A stretch of 64,000 nt of DNA from Flavobacteriales bacterium (GCA_004213645.1 SGZF01000003.1:2606-66605), one strand, 5' to 3'. Shown: positions 21,972 through 33,414, counted from the stretch's first letter. A program made the numbers and translations. The notes: a model not told the origin generated them from the letters alone.

Positions 21972-23501
21972 ATGCAAAATAAAGTCTTAATAGTTGATTT
22001 TGGTTCTCAGTATACCCAGCTTATAGCAAGAAGAATCAGAGAGTTATTTATCTACTGTGAGATCTCACCTTTTAATAATATTCCATCTGATTTAGATCAA
22101 TTTAAGGCAATAGTTCTATCAGGATCACCTTTCTCTGTTAATCAAGTGGATTCGCCTGATATAGATCTTGAAAGATTAATTGATGGGAGACCTGTAATTG
22201 CAATTTGTTATGGAGCTCAATTAATTGCTAAGAAGTTAAATGGAATAGTAGAAAACTCAAATTCAAGGGAGTATGGTAGAGCTAAACTTTCTTTTATTGA
22301 CAGTAACTGTTCTTTATTTAAGGATATTAATTTAAATAACCAAGTTTGGATGAGTCATGGAGATACAATTACTAAACTTCCAGAAAATGCAAAACTTGTA
22401 GCAAGTACAGATTCGGTTAATAATGCTGCTTACAGCATTGAATCTATAAATTTATATGCTTTGCAATTTCATCCTGAGGTTTTTCATACAGAAAACGGCT
22501 TAAAGATTTTTGAAAACTTCTTTATAAATGAGCTAAATTTTATTCAAGAGTGGAATCCTGAATCATTTATTGATAGAACAGTAGATTTTCTAAAATCTAA
22601 ACTTAAAGATGACAAGGTTATACTTGGATTATCAGGAGGTGTTGACTCAAGTGTTGCAGCAGTTTTATTGCAAAAAGCTATTGGTGGTAACCTTCATTGT
22701 ATTTTTGTCAATAATGGTTTGCTAAGAAAAAATGAATATGATGAGGTGCTTGAACAATATGTAGGTATGAGACTAAATGTAAAGGGAATTGACTCTTCAG
22801 ATTTATTTATAAATGCGTTAAAAGGGATTACAGATCCTGAAAAGAAAAGAAAAATCATTGGCAATATGTTTATTGAGGTTTTTGAAAAAGAATCAAAAAA
22901 AATTGAGAATGCTAAATGGCTTGCACAAGGAACAATTTATCCTGATGTTATCGAGTCAATATCAGTCAAAGGCCCATCAGCAACTATAAAATCTCATCAT
23001 AATGTAGGAGGTCTACCTGAAAAAATGAATCTAAAGGTAGTTGAACCATTAAAAATGTTATTTAAAGATGAAGTTAGAAAGATTGGTAAATCCCTAGAGA
23101 TGTCTAGAAATATATTAAACAGACATCCTTTTCCTGGACCTGGTCTTGGAATAAGAATTCTTGGAGAAGTTGATATGGAAAGTGTAAGGCTGATTCAGGA
23201 AGCTGATAAAATATATATTGATGGACTTAAAAAGTGGAAATTATATGATAAAATATGGCAGGCTGGATCTATTTTATTGCCAGTAAAAAGTGTTGGAGTC
23301 ATGGGTGACGAAAGAACATATGAAAGATGTGTTGCACTTAGAGCAGTAGTCTCAACCGACGGGATGACAGCAGATTGGTATGAATTTCCCAATGATTTTC
23401 TAAAAGAAGTATCTAATAATATAATTAATAAAGTATCAGGGATTAATAGAGTAGTTTACGATATAAGCTCCAAACCCCCTGCAACAATTGAATGGGAATA
23501 A
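21972..23501 (+). CDS. guaA: GMP synthase (glutamine-hydrolysing)
   Basis: GATase ([15 protein letters not shown]), ATP-PPase loop SGGVDSSV, and a C-terminal PPATIEWE. I prefer ATG 21972 over the TTG at 21966. Confidence 0.96.
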   Translation: MQNKVLIVDFGSQYTQLIARRIRELFIYCEISPFNNIPSDLDQFKAIVLSGSPFSVNQVDSPDIDLERLIDGRPVIAICYGAQLIAKKLNGIVENSNSREYGRAKLSFIDSNCSLFKDINLNNQVWMSHGDTITKLPENAKLVASTDSVNNAAYSIESINLYALQFHPEVFHTENGLKIFENFFINELNFIQEWNPESFIDRTVDFLKSKLKDDKVILGLSGGVDSSVAAVLLQKAIGGNLHCIFVNNGLLRKNEYDEVLEQYVGMRLNVKGIDSSDLFINALKGITDPEKKRKIIGNMFIEVFEKESKKIENAKWLAQGTIYPDVIESISVKGPSATIKSHHNVGGLPEKMNLKVVEPLKMLFKDEVRKIGKSLEMSRNILNRHPFPGPGLGIRILGEVDMESVRLIQEADKIYIDGLKKWKLYDKIWQAGSILLPVKSVGVMGDERTYERCVALRAVVSTDGMTADWYEFPNDFLKEVSNNIINKVSGINRVVYDISSKPPATIEWE

Positions 23502-23512
23502 AATCCATTTTT

Positions 23513-23722
23513 ATGAAAACTTTTCATTTTTTTTTAATTTGGGTATTTGGATTTTTTGTTTTATTATCCTTCGACTTGTTTATGGAAGGTATAGTATTTA
23601 GTAGGTTAGAGTGGAATGGAACAACCAAAAACGATTGGTTTTTTGCATTGTGGTGGGGGATTGTAGCCATTTGGTTTTTATATGGTATTAAAATTCTACA
23701 TGAAAAAATGAAAAACAAATAA
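23513..23722 (+). CDS. Hypothetical small membrane protein (two predicted TM helices)
   Basis: 69 aa from ATG 23513. Two Trp/Phe-rich hydrophobic segments and a lysine-rich C-terminus. It is wedged between guaA and the next ORF with 11- and 4-nt gaps. I recognise no family. Confidence 0.4.
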   Translation: MKTFHFFLIWVFGFFVLLSFDLFMEGIVFSRLEWNGTTKNDWFFALWWGIVAIWFLYGIKILHEKMKNK

Positions 23723-23726
23723 CAAT

Positions 23727-24245
23727 ATGTGTAAAAACAAATTATATAAATCTTTTCAACCAATGTTAAGTCCAATGCAAATGCTTAAAAAAGGAATTTT
23801 TGGTGGTACATATTTTAATCAATTGGTTGATTATACATTATTTCCAAAGGAGTGGTTTTTAGACTTAGACAAAAGTTATTTTTTATCAGAGAATTACAAC
23901 AAAAAGATAAATTATTTTAATATAAAATCAGGACAATCTCAAGAAGAATGGGAGGCTAAAGGTTGGATTCACAAAGACGACCCCAGGGGGTGGTTTGAAT
24001 GGTACTGTAAGTTTTTCAATGGAAGAAGACATGAAGATGATGAAAGACAGATTAAAAGGTGGTTAGCATTTTGCGGTCCTAGAGGAAGATTTAGAAACTC
24101 TATTTATAATAAAATATTTAAATCTGGATTTGAAATTCAAAATTCAAAAACTATTTCACCTAGAATTCAACAGTCTTTACTACATTGGTCTTATATTGTT
24201 AATAATGAGGACTACGAGATATGGAAACTTGAAAAACAGAAGTAA
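23727..24245 (+). CDS. Conserved-looking hypothetical protein, soluble, Trp/Arg-rich core
   Basis: 172 aa with no signal peptide or TM segment. Core is GIFGGTYF ... GWIHKDDPRGWFEWYCKFFNGRRHEDDERQIKRW ... GRFRN. No family assignment is possible by eye. Confidence 0.6.
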   Translation: MCKNKLYKSFQPMLSPMQMLKKGIFGGTYFNQLVDYTLFPKEWFLDLDKSYFLSENYNKKINYFNIKSGQSQEEWEAKGWIHKDDPRGWFEWYCKFFNGRRHEDDERQIKRWLAFCGPRGRFRNSIYNKIFKSGFEIQNSKTISPRIQQSLLHWSYIVNNEDYEIWKLEKQK

Positions 24246-25634
24246 GTGAGAAAGGTATTTTTAATATTATTATTTATAACACAGACAATATTTTCTCAAA
24301 ATATTCTTTCTGATACAATTTCTCATGAGGTTGAAAGAAGAGAAACTCTTTTTTCAATTTCTCAAAAATATAATATTAATGTTAATGATATTTTAGAGTT
24401 AAACCCAGAACTTAGAAATTCAAGATTAAGAAGAAAATCAACAATTCTAATCCCAGTATTTGATACTATTCAAGTGATTGAAATATTAGAAAAGGATTCA
24501 CTTCAAATATCTAGTAGTATTTTGAGTCTTGATTCAATTTATGCAAAAAAAAGAAATAAAAGTGATCAATTAAATGTCTCTGTATTACTACCCTTTAGAT
24601 CTTCAACTGTTAACTTTGATTCTATTAAAGAAGTTGAATCCTTATTCGAGGACAGAAATCTTTATACTATTTCATTAGATTTCTATTCTGGTATTTTGTA
24701 TGCATTAGATGACTTAAAAAAATTAGATGTTACTGTAAATCTTAATCTTTTTGACACTAACAATTCATTGAATCAAATATTAGAAATAGCTAATAATAAA
24801 GATTTAATTAATTCAGACGTTATTCTTGGTCCTTTGATACCCAGAAATTTTGAAATTTTTTCAAACATTAAGTTTTTAGAATCAATTCCAAAAGTTTTTC
24901 CATTATCAACAATTCCTATCAAAATTATTAAGGGAGTTATTCAAACTGTTACTCCTAAAAAATTATTAAGGGAAAGAATGCTTGAATATTTAGATAGAAA
25001 TCTTGATAGAGAAGAAAATATTGTGATTATAGCGGATTCTTTAAATGATATAATTAATAATAGATTATCTAAAATTTTCCCTAACTCAATAGATATCAAA
25101 CCTGAATTTGAAGGATATATTCTTCCTGAACTTCTTGATTCTCTTCTTGTTGATTCTCTTCCTAATAAGGTTATTGTTGAATCTGAAATATTCACATTGA
25201 TTTCTAGTGTAATTTCTCAGCTTAATTCGCAAATAACATCTGAACGTGATGTTAGATTATATACTACATATAGGGGAAATCAATATGATGATCCTAGTAT
25301 TAATATTAAGGATTTAGGTAATCTAGGATTTACTTATACTTCAATTTCAAAGAAAATAAATTATGATTCAATTTCTGAATTTGAGAGTAACTATTTAAAT
25401 CTATTTGGAAGCCTACCAAACAAGGATATAATTAGAGGTTATGATGTAACTAAAGATATTCTATTAAGAGTATTAATAGATAATAATTTAAATAGAACAG
25501 TTAAATATGATGAACAATCTTACACTGAATCTAAATTTTTATACGAAAAAGATAGTTTAGGCGGCTTATTCAATTCCTCAATCTTTATTCTAAAGCATAA
25601 AGAATACGAAATTGAAGAGATTATTTTCCAATAA
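24246..25634 (+). CDS. LysM domain protein (secreted), C-terminal ~380 aa unassigned
   Basis: GTG start abuts the preceding stop. Signal peptide and a LysM motif (HEVERRETLFSISQKYNINVNDILELNPEL...STILIP). Confidence 0.65.
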   Translation: MRKVFLILLFITQTIFSQNILSDTISHEVERRETLFSISQKYNINVNDILELNPELRNSRLRRKSTILIPVFDTIQVIEILEKDSLQISSSILSLDSIYAKKRNKSDQLNVSVLLPFRSSTVNFDSIKEVESLFEDRNLYTISLDFYSGILYALDDLKKLDVTVNLNLFDTNNSLNQILEIANNKDLINSDVILGPLIPRNFEIFSNIKFLESIPKVFPLSTIPIKIIKGVIQTVTPKKLLRERMLEYLDRNLDREENIVIIADSLNDIINNRLSKIFPNSIDIKPEFEGYILPELLDSLLVDSLPNKVIVESEIFTLISSVISQLNSQITSERDVRLYTTYRGNQYDDPSINIKDLGNLGFTYTSISKKINYDSISEFESNYLNLFGSLPNKDIIRGYDVTKDILLRVLIDNNLNRTVKYDEQSYTESKFLYEKDSLGGLFNSSIFILKHKEYEIEEIIFQ

Positions 25635-25658
25635 TTTATATTATCCTTTAATATTTTG

Positions 25659-25666
25659 TAAATTTG
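25659..25666 (+). promoter_or_regulatory. Candidate -7 box TAAATTTG upstream of pyrG
   Basis: Matches TAnnTTTG 26 nt before the pyrG ATG. The TCCGGA hairpin follows. Confidence 0.4.
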
Positions 25667-25691
25667 AGTCCGGAAATACTATTCTATCCGG

Positions 25692-27305
25692 ATGAATAAA
25701 CCTAAATATATCTTTGTTACTGGTGGCGTTACATCTTCTCTTGGAAAAGGGATTATATCCGCATCGTTAGCTCGCCTTCTTAAAGCTCAAGGTTTAAGGG
25801 TTTCAATTCAAAAGTTAGACCCATATATAAATGTTGATCCTGGAACACTTAACCCATATGAACATGGTGAATGCTATGTCACAGATGACGGCGCAGAGAC
25901 TGATCTTGATTTAGGTCATTACGAGCGTTTTCTTAGTGAAAATACTTCTCAAAGAAATAATATTACAACTGGAAAAATCTATCAAAATGTAATTGAAAAA
26001 GAAAGAAAAGGTGAGTTTCTGGGTAAAACAGTTCAGGTTATACCTCATGTAACAAATGAGATAAAAGAAAATATTAGGAATTTAAATCACAAAAATAATT
26101 TAGACATAATTATAACTGAAATTGGCGGAACTGTTGGTGATATTGAATCACTTCCATTTTTAGAAGCTGTAAGACAAGTAATTTATGAAGAAGGACCTGA
26201 AAATTCAATGGTTATTCATTTAACATTGATTCCATTTTTATCTGCAACAGGAGAACTTAAAACCAAACCTACCCAACACTCTGTAAAAACTTTAATGGAG
26301 CTTGGTTTAAAGGCTGATGTTTTAGTTTGTAGATCTGAAAGAGAATTGTCTAAAGAAATAAAAAATAAATTAGCACTTTTCTGTAATGTTAAATTTGACT
26401 GTGTAATTCAGTCAATAGATGTAGAAACTATCTATGATGTACCAATTAAAATGATGGATGAAGGTCTAGATAAAGTTACTCTTGAGAAATTAAAAATAAA
26501 AGAAACAGAACCAGATCTTGATAAATGGAAAAACTTCTTACATAAATTAAAAAACCCCACACATCAAGTCAATATTGGATTAGTTGGAAAATATATTGAA
26601 TTAACTGACTCGTATAAATCTATTTTAGAATCTTTAATTCATGCTGGAACTGAAAATGAGGCGAAAATTATTGTTAAATCAATACACTCTGAGCATATAA
26701 ACAAAGAAAATATTTCAAAAGATTTAAAAGGTCTTGATGGAATTATTGTTGCCCCAGGTTTTGGGCAAAGAGGTCTTGATGGAAAAATTCTTGCTGTTGA
26801 ATATGCAAGAAAAAACAAAATTCCTTTTTTAGGAATATGTTTAGGTATGCAAATGGCAGTTATTGAATATGCCAGAAATGTCAAAAAAATTAGATATGCT
26901 AATTCAACAGAAATATCTGAAAAGTGTAAAGATCCAGTTATAGATCTTATGACTTCTCAGAAAGAAATTGTTAATAAGGGAGGTACAATGAGGCTTGGAG
27001 CGTGGGATTGTGAAATTCAAAAAAAGACAAACTCTTATAATGCTTACAAGAAAAAATTAGTCTCTGAGAGACATAGACATAGATATGAGTTTAATAATAA
27101 TTATTCAAAAAGAATATTTGATGATAAATTTATTGTATCAGGGTATAACCCTGAAACAAAACTAGTTGAAATTGTTGAAAATATTGACCATCCTTGGTTT
27201 GTTGGAGTTCAATTTCATCCAGAATATAAAAGTAGTGTATACAATCCTCATCCAATTTTTGTAAACTTTGTAAAAGCTAGTCTTAAAAATTATCTAAATA
27301 AATAA
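25692..27305 (+). CDS. pyrG: CTP synthase
   Basis: KYIFVTGGVTSSLGKG, GICLGMQ, RHRHRYEFN, QFHPE. Confidence 0.97.
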   Translation: MNKPKYIFVTGGVTSSLGKGIISASLARLLKAQGLRVSIQKLDPYINVDPGTLNPYEHGECYVTDDGAETDLDLGHYERFLSENTSQRNNITTGKIYQNVIEKERKGEFLGKTVQVIPHVTNEIKENIRNLNHKNNLDIIITEIGGTVGDIESLPFLEAVRQVIYEEGPENSMVIHLTLIPFLSATGELKTKPTQHSVKTLMELGLKADVLVCRSERELSKEIKNKLALFCNVKFDCVIQSIDVETIYDVPIKMMDEGLDKVTLEKLKIKETEPDLDKWKNFLHKLKNPTHQVNIGLVGKYIELTDSYKSILESLIHAGTENEAKIIVKSIHSEHINKENISKDLKGLDGIIVAPGFGQRGLDGKILAVEYARKNKIPFLGICLGMQMAVIEYARNVKKIRYANSTEISEKCKDPVIDLMTSQKEIVNKGGTMRLGAWDCEIQKKTNSYNAYKKKLVSERHRHRYEFNNNYSKRIFDDKFIVSGYNPETKLVEIVENIDHPWFVGVQFHPEYKSSVYNPHPIFVNFVKASLKNYLNK

Positions 27306-27307
27306 GT

Positions 27308-29101
27308 ATGGAACAGAATAAGTTTGATCCTCTTCAGTTTATAGGTTTTTTACTTATATCGGCAATATTAATGTTTTGGTTTTACGATAACCAATCTAAC
27401 ATGATAGAGAATCAACAACAAGAACCAGTTGAAAGTGTTTTGAATGAAACTCCTGAAACCTCTTCAATAATTAATGATTCCAGTTATAACACTGACACTA
27501 TCGATATCGAAGAAAATTTTAAGGATGAGATAATTACTCTAGAAAATGATAATATTTTGATAGAATTAAGTACGAGAGGTGCTAATCTAAATAAATTATT
27601 ACTTAAGAATTTTAATAACTATAATGACGAGCCTTTATTCTTAATAGATGATAATAAATCAATATTTAATTATAACATACCAATTGGTAGAAATTCAACA
27701 ATAAATTCAGCTGATTTAAATTTTACCTCTCAGATAATAAAGAGAAATTCCGAGGTTAAACTCACTGGTATAATTGATCAACTTAGGTCATTAGAGCTTA
27801 CATTCAAATTGGAAGAAAATTCCAGTTTAGTAAACTTTGATGTAAAACTAAATGATACTAATAAATATGAAGAGAATTATGATATTGAATTAATTTGGGG
27901 AAGAGACTCTTTTAGAAACTCAAAAAGTATTGACTACGAGAACAGGTATACTGCTCTTTCATATGGATTTGAAGAAAAAAAAGATTCATATCTATCTGTA
28001 GCTGGAACAACAAATAAGAATATTAATAATGTAAACTGGGTTTCATTTAGGGAACATTTCTTTAGTTCTATTATTATTCTTAATGACCAAATAGATGATG
28101 TTGATATTAGTTCAGAAGATCTAGCAAGTAATGAAACTTTAGATAATAAATTTACCAAGCGATTTAAAGCTAATATTCCTTTAAGCTTAGATTCAAACAA
28201 TAACCTTAGCTTTCAAATGTATTTTGGGCCTACAGATTATGAAACGCTTAAACAATACAATCTTAATCTAGAAAATTCTGTCCAAATTGGTTGGGGAATT
28301 TTTGGTTGGTTAAATAGGTTTATATTTTTCCCATTATTTTCATTTTTAACAAATTATTTCTCATACGGTATTTCTATCATTCTTATGACAATAATCGTGA
28401 AAGTTGCAATTGCACCTCTTACATATAAATCTTATCTGTCTCAAATTAAAATGAAGATTTTAAAACCTGAGTTAGAAGTAATAAACGAAAAGTTTAAAGA
28501 TGATCCAATGAAAAAACAACAGGAGACAATGAATCTTTATACTAAGTCTGGGGCTAATCCAATGTCTGGATGTCTTCCAGCATTTCTTCAGATGCCATTG
28601 TTCTTTGCCCTTTTTGTTTTCTTCCCCGCTGCATTTAGTTTAAGAGGAAAAAGTTTTTTGTGGGCTGATGATTTATCTTCTTATGATTCAATACTTGATC
28701 TAGGTTTTTATATACCACTTTATGGTGATCATGTTAGTCTTTTTCCAATATTAGCATCAATTGCAATATTTTTCTACACAAGAATGACAACCGGTCAACA
28801 GATGATGCCAGCTTCACAAACAGGTGGAGTTAATATGAAAGTAATAATGTATTTGATGCCATTAATGATGTTATTTTTCTTTAATAATTATGCAAGTGGA
28901 TTAAGTTTATATTACTTTATTTCAAATGTGCTTACAATTATTCTAATGCTTATTATCAAAAACTTTATTATTGATGACAATAAAATATTGACTCAAATTG
29001 AGGAAAATAAAAAGAAACCTGTCAAAGCTGGTGGTTTTAGAGCAAGACTTCAAAAAGCTCTTGAGGAAGCTGAAAAACAAAAGAAAAGTAGAAGCAAGTA
29101 A
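27308..29101 (+). CDS. yidC: Membrane protein insertase YidC
   Basis: 597 aa. N-terminal TM segment, large periplasmic domain, and the conserved C-terminal 5-TM core (GCLPAFLQMPLFFALF). Confidence 0.93.
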   Translation: MEQNKFDPLQFIGFLLISAILMFWFYDNQSNMIENQQQEPVESVLNETPETSSIINDSSYNTDTIDIEENFKDEIITLENDNILIELSTRGANLNKLLLKNFNNYNDEPLFLIDDNKSIFNYNIPIGRNSTINSADLNFTSQIIKRNSEVKLTGIIDQLRSLELTFKLEENSSLVNFDVKLNDTNKYEENYDIELIWGRDSFRNSKSIDYENRYTALSYGFEEKKDSYLSVAGTTNKNINNVNWVSFREHFFSSIIILNDQIDDVDISSEDLASNETLDNKFTKRFKANIPLSLDSNNNLSFQMYFGPTDYETLKQYNLNLENSVQIGWGIFGWLNRFIFFPLFSFLTNYFSYGISIILMTIIVKVAIAPLTYKSYLSQIKMKILKPELEVINEKFKDDPMKKQQETMNLYTKSGANPMSGCLPAFLQMPLFFALFVFFPAAFSLRGKSFLWADDLSSYDSILDLGFYIPLYGDHVSLFPILASIAIFFYTRMTTGQQMMPASQTGGVNMKVIMYLMPLMMLFFFNNYASGLSLYYFISNVLTIILMLIIKNFIIDDNKILTQIEENKKKPVKAGGFRARLQKALEEAEKQKKSRSK

Positions 29102-29107
29102 TTTCTC

Positions 29108-30301
29108 ATGAAAAAAAATAAAGTTGTTATCGCCTTATCTGGTGGTGTAGATTCTAGTGTAGCAGCATTTCTGCTTAAAGAGCAAGGATATGATTTGATA
29201 GGTTTATTTATGAAAAACTGGCACGATGAAAACGTAACTATTTCAGATGAGTGCCCATGGCTTGATGATAGTAATGATGCAATGTTAGTTGCAGAAAAAC
29301 TTAATATTCCCTTTCAAACAGTCGATTTAAGTAAAGATTATAAAGAAAAAATAATTGATTATATGTTTAATGAGTACTCAGTTGGTAATACTCCAAACCC
29401 TGATATTCTTTGTAATCGAGAAATAAAATTTGATGTATTTATGGACATTGCAATTTCTCTAGGAGCAGATTATGTTGCAACTGGGCACTATAGTTCAATC
29501 AAAAAAAATAATTTAAATGAAGACAGCTTAAAATATGAATTACACTCTGGGATTGATCAAAAAAAAGACCAATCATACTTTTTATGTCAATTGAATCAAA
29601 GTCATCTCAAAAGGATAATATTTCCATTAGGAGAATTAAAAAAAACAGAGGTTAGAGATATTGCAAAAAAAAATAACCTTGTAACAGCTGAAAAAAAAGA
29701 TTCTCAAGGCTTATGTTTTGTTGGAAAAGTCAGCCTTCCTGATTTTCTTCAACAAAAATTAAAGAAAAAAAAGGGGAATGTCATAGAAATATCCTCAAAG
29801 TCAACCATTTACAATAAAGAAAATATATTTAAAAATGACTATGAAAGATTAATTAGTATGACAAATAAAATAAAATACTCAGCTGATTTGGGAAAAATAA
29901 TTGGTGAACATAATGGTGCTCATTATTTTACCATTGGTCAAAGAAAAGGTTTAGCAATTGGAGGGTATAATAAACCCCTTTTTATAATTGAAACAAATAC
30001 AAAAACTAATGAGATATATGTTGGTGAAGGTAAAGAGCACCCAGGTCTTTTAAAGAAGGTCTTAAAAACTAAATTATCAGATATTAATTGGGTTAACGAT
30101 GATTTCAATTATAACAATTCTAAAGATTTAAAGCTTAAAGCTAGAATAAGACATAGGCAAAAACTTCAGGATATTTCAATTTATAAATACAATAATTTTT
30201 TATACGTAGAATTCGATCAATTACAGTCTGCCGTAACACCTGGTCAATTCGTTGCTATATACGAGGATACACAATTAATTGCCTCTGGCGTAATTTGTTA
30301 A
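29108..30301 (+). CDS. mnmA: tRNA 2-thiouridine(34) synthase MnmA
   Basis: PP-loop [42 protein letters not shown]. Confidence 0.95.
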   Translation: MKKNKVVIALSGGVDSSVAAFLLKEQGYDLIGLFMKNWHDENVTISDECPWLDDSNDAMLVAEKLNIPFQTVDLSKDYKEKIIDYMFNEYSVGNTPNPDILCNREIKFDVFMDIAISLGADYVATGHYSSIKKNNLNEDSLKYELHSGIDQKKDQSYFLCQLNQSHLKRIIFPLGELKKTEVRDIAKKNNLVTAEKKDSQGLCFVGKVSLPDFLQQKLKKKKGNVIEISSKSTIYNKENIFKNDYERLISMTNKIKYSADLGKIIGEHNGAHYFTIGQRKGLAIGGYNKPLFIIETNTKTNEIYVGEGKEHPGLLKKVLKTKLSDINWVNDDFNYNNSKDLKLKARIRHRQKLQDISIYKYNNFLYVEFDQLQSAVTPGQFVAIYEDTQLIASGVIC

Positions 30302-30365
30302 GTTTTATAATTGTTTTTTTTTAAAAAAACATGGAATTATAGACATAATAACCAAAAAAAAATTT

Positions 30366-30373
30366 TAAATTTG
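30366..30373 (+). promoter_or_regulatory. Candidate -7 box TAAATTTG for the str-S10-spc-alpha ribosomal operon
   Basis: Matches TAnnTTTG 33 nt before the rpsL ATG. It shares the extended TTTGCACG with the rpmB box. Confidence 0.45.
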
Positions 30374-30405
30374 CACGCTTTAATACGGAATTTAATAATT
30401 ATTGT

Positions 30406-30780
30406 ATGCCAACAATATCGCAATTAGTAAGAAAAGGAAGAACTTCTTCAACTAAGAAGAGTAAGTCTATTGCTTTAAACAAATCACCCCAAAAAAGAGG
30501 TGTTTGTACTAGAGTTTACACTACAACTCCAAAAAAACCAAATTCTGCAATGAGAAAAGTAGCAAGGGTTAGGCTTACCAATGGTAAAGAGGTTAATGCA
30601 TATATTCCAGGTGAGGGTCACAACCTTCAGGAACACTCTATAGTTCTTGTTAGAGGTGGAAGAGTCAAAGATCTGCCTGGTGTTAGATATCACATTGTTA
30701 GAGGAGCACTTGACACAGCTGGTGTAGAAGGGAGACTTCAACGAAGATCCAAGTACGGAGGAAAAAAACCAAAAAAATAA
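30406..30780 (+). CDS. rpsL: 30S ribosomal protein S12
   Basis: [12 protein letters not shown]...[16 protein letters not shown]. Confidence 0.98.
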   Translation: MPTISQLVRKGRTSSTKKSKSIALNKSPQKRGVCTRVYTTTPKKPNSAMRKVARVRLTNGKEVNAYIPGEGHNLQEHSIVLVRGGRVKDLPGVRYHIVRGALDTAGVEGRLQRRSKYGGKKPKK

Positions 30781-30788
30781 TTCCCTAA

Positions 30789-31265
30789 ATGAGAAAGAAA
30801 CAATCAAAGAAAAGACCTCTAATACCTGATCCAAAGTTTAATGATCAACTTGTAACCAGATTTGTTAATAATCTCATGCTTCAGGGAAAGAAATCTACAG
30901 CCTACAAATTATTTTATGATGCTATTGAAATAGTTGAAAGTAAGAAAGATAATGAAGAAAAATCCTCACTTGAATTATGGAAGGATGCACTTTCAAATGT
31001 AATGCCTCACGTTGAAGTCAGAAGTAGAAGAGTTGGAGGTGCAACATTTCAAATCCCAACTCCTATAAGACCAGATAGAAAAATTTCAATTGCAATGAAA
31101 TGGTTAATCACTGCATCAAGAAAGAGAAATGAAAAGTCTATGGCAGTTAAATTAGCGCAAGAGATCCTCTCTGCAGCAAAAGAAGAAGGTGCTGCTGTTA
31201 AGAAAAGGGTTGACACTCATAAAATGGCTGAAGCTAATAAGGCCTTTTCACATTTTAGATTTTAA
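30789..31265 (+). CDS. rpsG: 30S ribosomal protein S7
   Basis: [32 protein letters not shown]. Confidence 0.98.
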   Translation: MRKKQSKKRPLIPDPKFNDQLVTRFVNNLMLQGKKSTAYKLFYDAIEIVESKKDNEEKSSLELWKDALSNVMPHVEVRSRRVGGATFQIPTPIRPDRKISIAMKWLITASRKRNEKSMAVKLAQEILSAAKEEGAAVKKRVDTHKMAEANKAFSHFRF

Positions 31266-31274
31266 TATAATAGC

Positions 31275-33404
31275 ATGTCAAGAGATTTAAAATTTACAAG
31301 AAATATTGGTATTGCTGCTCACATTGATGCAGGTAAGACTACTACTACCGAAAGAGTTTTGTTTTATACCGGAGTAAGTCATAAAATCGGTGAGGTGCAC
31401 GATGGTGCAGCTACAATGGATTGGATGGAGCAAGAGCAAGAGAGAGGAATTACTATTACTTCTGCTGCTACAACTTGTAATTGGAATTTTCCAACTGACC
31501 AAGGAAAGTCAATAAACGAAACAAAAGCTTATCATTTTAACATTATCGATACTCCAGGTCACGTTGATTTTACAGTTGAAGTTAACAGATCCCTTAGAGT
31601 TCTTGATGGTCTTGTCTTTTTATTTTCAGCAGTTGATGGAGTTGAGCCTCAATCTGAAACTAATTGGAGATTAGCTGACAATTATAAAGTTCCAAGAATA
31701 GGTTTTGTTAATAAAATGGATAGGCAAGGATCTAATTTTCTTGGTGTGTGTAAACAAGTTATTGAAAAACTTGGCTCTAAAGCTGTTCCTATTGTTCTTA
31801 ATATAGGAGATGAAGAAGATTTTAAAGGCATAGTTGATCTTGTTAAAAATCAAGCTATTGTATGGCATGACGAAAATTATGGTTCAACATTTGATATTGT
31901 AGATATTCCAAATGATCTAAAGGATGAAGCTGAAAAACTTAGAGGTGAATTAATTGAAGCAGTAGCAGAATATGATGAAAATATTTTAGAAAAATATTTT
32001 GATGATCCTGATTCTATTACCGAGGATGAGATTCATAATGCTTTAAGAGCTGCAACTCAAGATATTAGTATTATACCTATGGTTTGTGGTTCTGCATTCA
32101 AGAATAAAGGTGTTCAATTTTTATTGGATGCTGTTTGTAGGTATTTACCTTCACCAGTAGATAAAGACGCTATATCAGGTACTAAACCTGATTCAGAAGA
32201 AGAAATTTCTAGACTTCCGAATGTAACTGAACCTTTTTCTGCGCTTGCATTTAAAATTGCCACTGATCCATATGTTGGGAGATTAGCTTTTTTTCGAGTT
32301 TATTCAGGTAGACTTGATGCAGGTTCTTATGTTTTAAATAATAGATCAGAAAACAGAGAGAGAATTTCTAGGATATATCAAATGCATTCTAATAAACAAA
32401 ATGCTATTGATTACATTGAAGCTGGGGATATTGGTGCAGCAGTTGGTTTTAAAGATATTAAAACAGGTGACACTCTATCATCAGAGAAACATCCTATTGT
32501 TTTAGAAAGTATGGTTTTCCCTGATCCAGTTATTGGTGTTGCGGTTGAACCAAAAACTAAAGCTGATGTTGATAAATTAGGAATGGCATTAGGTAAGCTA
32601 GCTGAAGAAGATCCAACCTTCCAGGTAAAAACTGATGAAGCATCTGGACAAACTGTTATTTCTGGAATGGGTGAGCTTCATCTTGATATTCTAGTAGACA
32701 GACTTAGAAGAGAGTTTAAGGTTGAAGTTAACCAAGGTCAACCACAAGTTGAGTATAAAGAGTCGTTAACTCAATCTGCAGATCACAGAGAAACATATAA
32801 AAAGCAAACTGGAGGTCGTGGTAAATTTGCTGATATAGTTTTTACTATTGAGCCAGGAGAGAAAGGAGTATCGGGCCTTGAGTTTATTAACCTCATCAAA
32901 GGAGGAAATATACCTAGGGAATATATTCCATCTGTTGAGAAAGGTTTTAAAGATTCTATGAAAAATGGTCCTCTTGCTGGATTTGAAGTAGACTCAATGA
33001 AAGTAACACTTAAAGATGGGTCTTTCCATCCAGTAGATTCTGATTCTTTATCATTTGAGCTTGCTGCAAAAATTGCTTTTAAAACTGCAGCAAAAGCAGC
33101 AAAAGCAGTTATTATGGAACCTATTATGAAGCTTGAAGTTATAACCCCTGAGGAGAACATGGGTGATATAGTTGGTGATTTAAATAGAAGGAGAGGTCAG
33201 GTTAATTCAATGGATGATAGAGCTGGAGCTAAAGTAGTGCAAGGAGAAGTACCGTTATCTGAAATGTTTGGATATGTTACATCTTTGAGGACTCTTTCAT
33301 CTGGGAGAGCAACATCAACGATGGAATTCTCTCACTATGCTGAAACTCCGTCTAACATATCAGAAACTGTTATTTCAGAGGTTAAAGGGAATTTAACAGA
33401 ATAA
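31275..33404 (+). CDS. fusA: Elongation factor G
   Basis: [34 protein letters not shown]. 709 aa. Confidence 0.98.
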   Translation: MSRDLKFTRNIGIAAHIDAGKTTTTERVLFYTGVSHKIGEVHDGAATMDWMEQEQERGITITSAATTCNWNFPTDQGKSINETKAYHFNIIDTPGHVDFTVEVNRSLRVLDGLVFLFSAVDGVEPQSETNWRLADNYKVPRIGFVNKMDRQGSNFLGVCKQVIEKLGSKAVPIVLNIGDEEDFKGIVDLVKNQAIVWHDENYGSTFDIVDIPNDLKDEAEKLRGELIEAVAEYDENILEKYFDDPDSITEDEIHNALRAATQDISIIPMVCGSAFKNKGVQFLLDAVCRYLPSPVDKDAISGTKPDSEEEISRLPNVTEPFSALAFKIATDPYVGRLAFFRVYSGRLDAGSYVLNNRSENRERISRIYQMHSNKQNAIDYIEAGDIGAAVGFKDIKTGDTLSSEKHPIVLESMVFPDPVIGVAVEPKTKADVDKLGMALGKLAEEDPTFQVKTDEASGQTVISGMGELHLDILVDRLRREFKVEVNQGQPQVEYKESLTQSADHRETYKKQTGGRGKFADIVFTIEPGEKGVSGLEFINLIKGGNIPREYIPSVEKGFKDSMKNGPLAGFEVDSMKVTLKDGSFHPVDSDSLSFELAAKIAFKTAAKAAKAVIMEPIMKLEVITPEENMGDIVGDLNRRRGQVNSMDDRAGAKVVQGEVPLSEMFGYVTSLRTLSSGRATSTMEFSHYAETPSNISETVISEVKGNLTE

Positions 33405-33414
33405 AGTAATAAAT

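Noticed and set aside
29621-29770. Multiple A7-A8 homopolymer runs inside mnmA and other genes as candidate slippage or phase-variation sites.
   Set aside because: All the reading frames are intact across them, they encode ordinary Lys-rich stretches, and such runs are expected at this base composition.
30311-30330. G-T9-A7-C palindrome after mnmA as a possible terminator.
   Set aside because: The stem would be almost entirely A:T with essentially no loop and no distinct U-tract, so it is too weak to call from sequence alone.
30484-30834. Long antisense or alternative-frame ORFs inside rpsL/rpsG (30484-30834). Similar ones lie in fusA (32783-33160, 31287-31502, 31671-31868), carA (47198-47632), rpoB (758-1057), rpoC (2250-2501), rpoA, gltA, htpG and others.
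   Set aside because: These are shadow ORFs inside highly conserved genes. AT-rich genomes with few G/C-containing stop-complement codons produce them routinely, and none has a recognisable motif or its own spacer.
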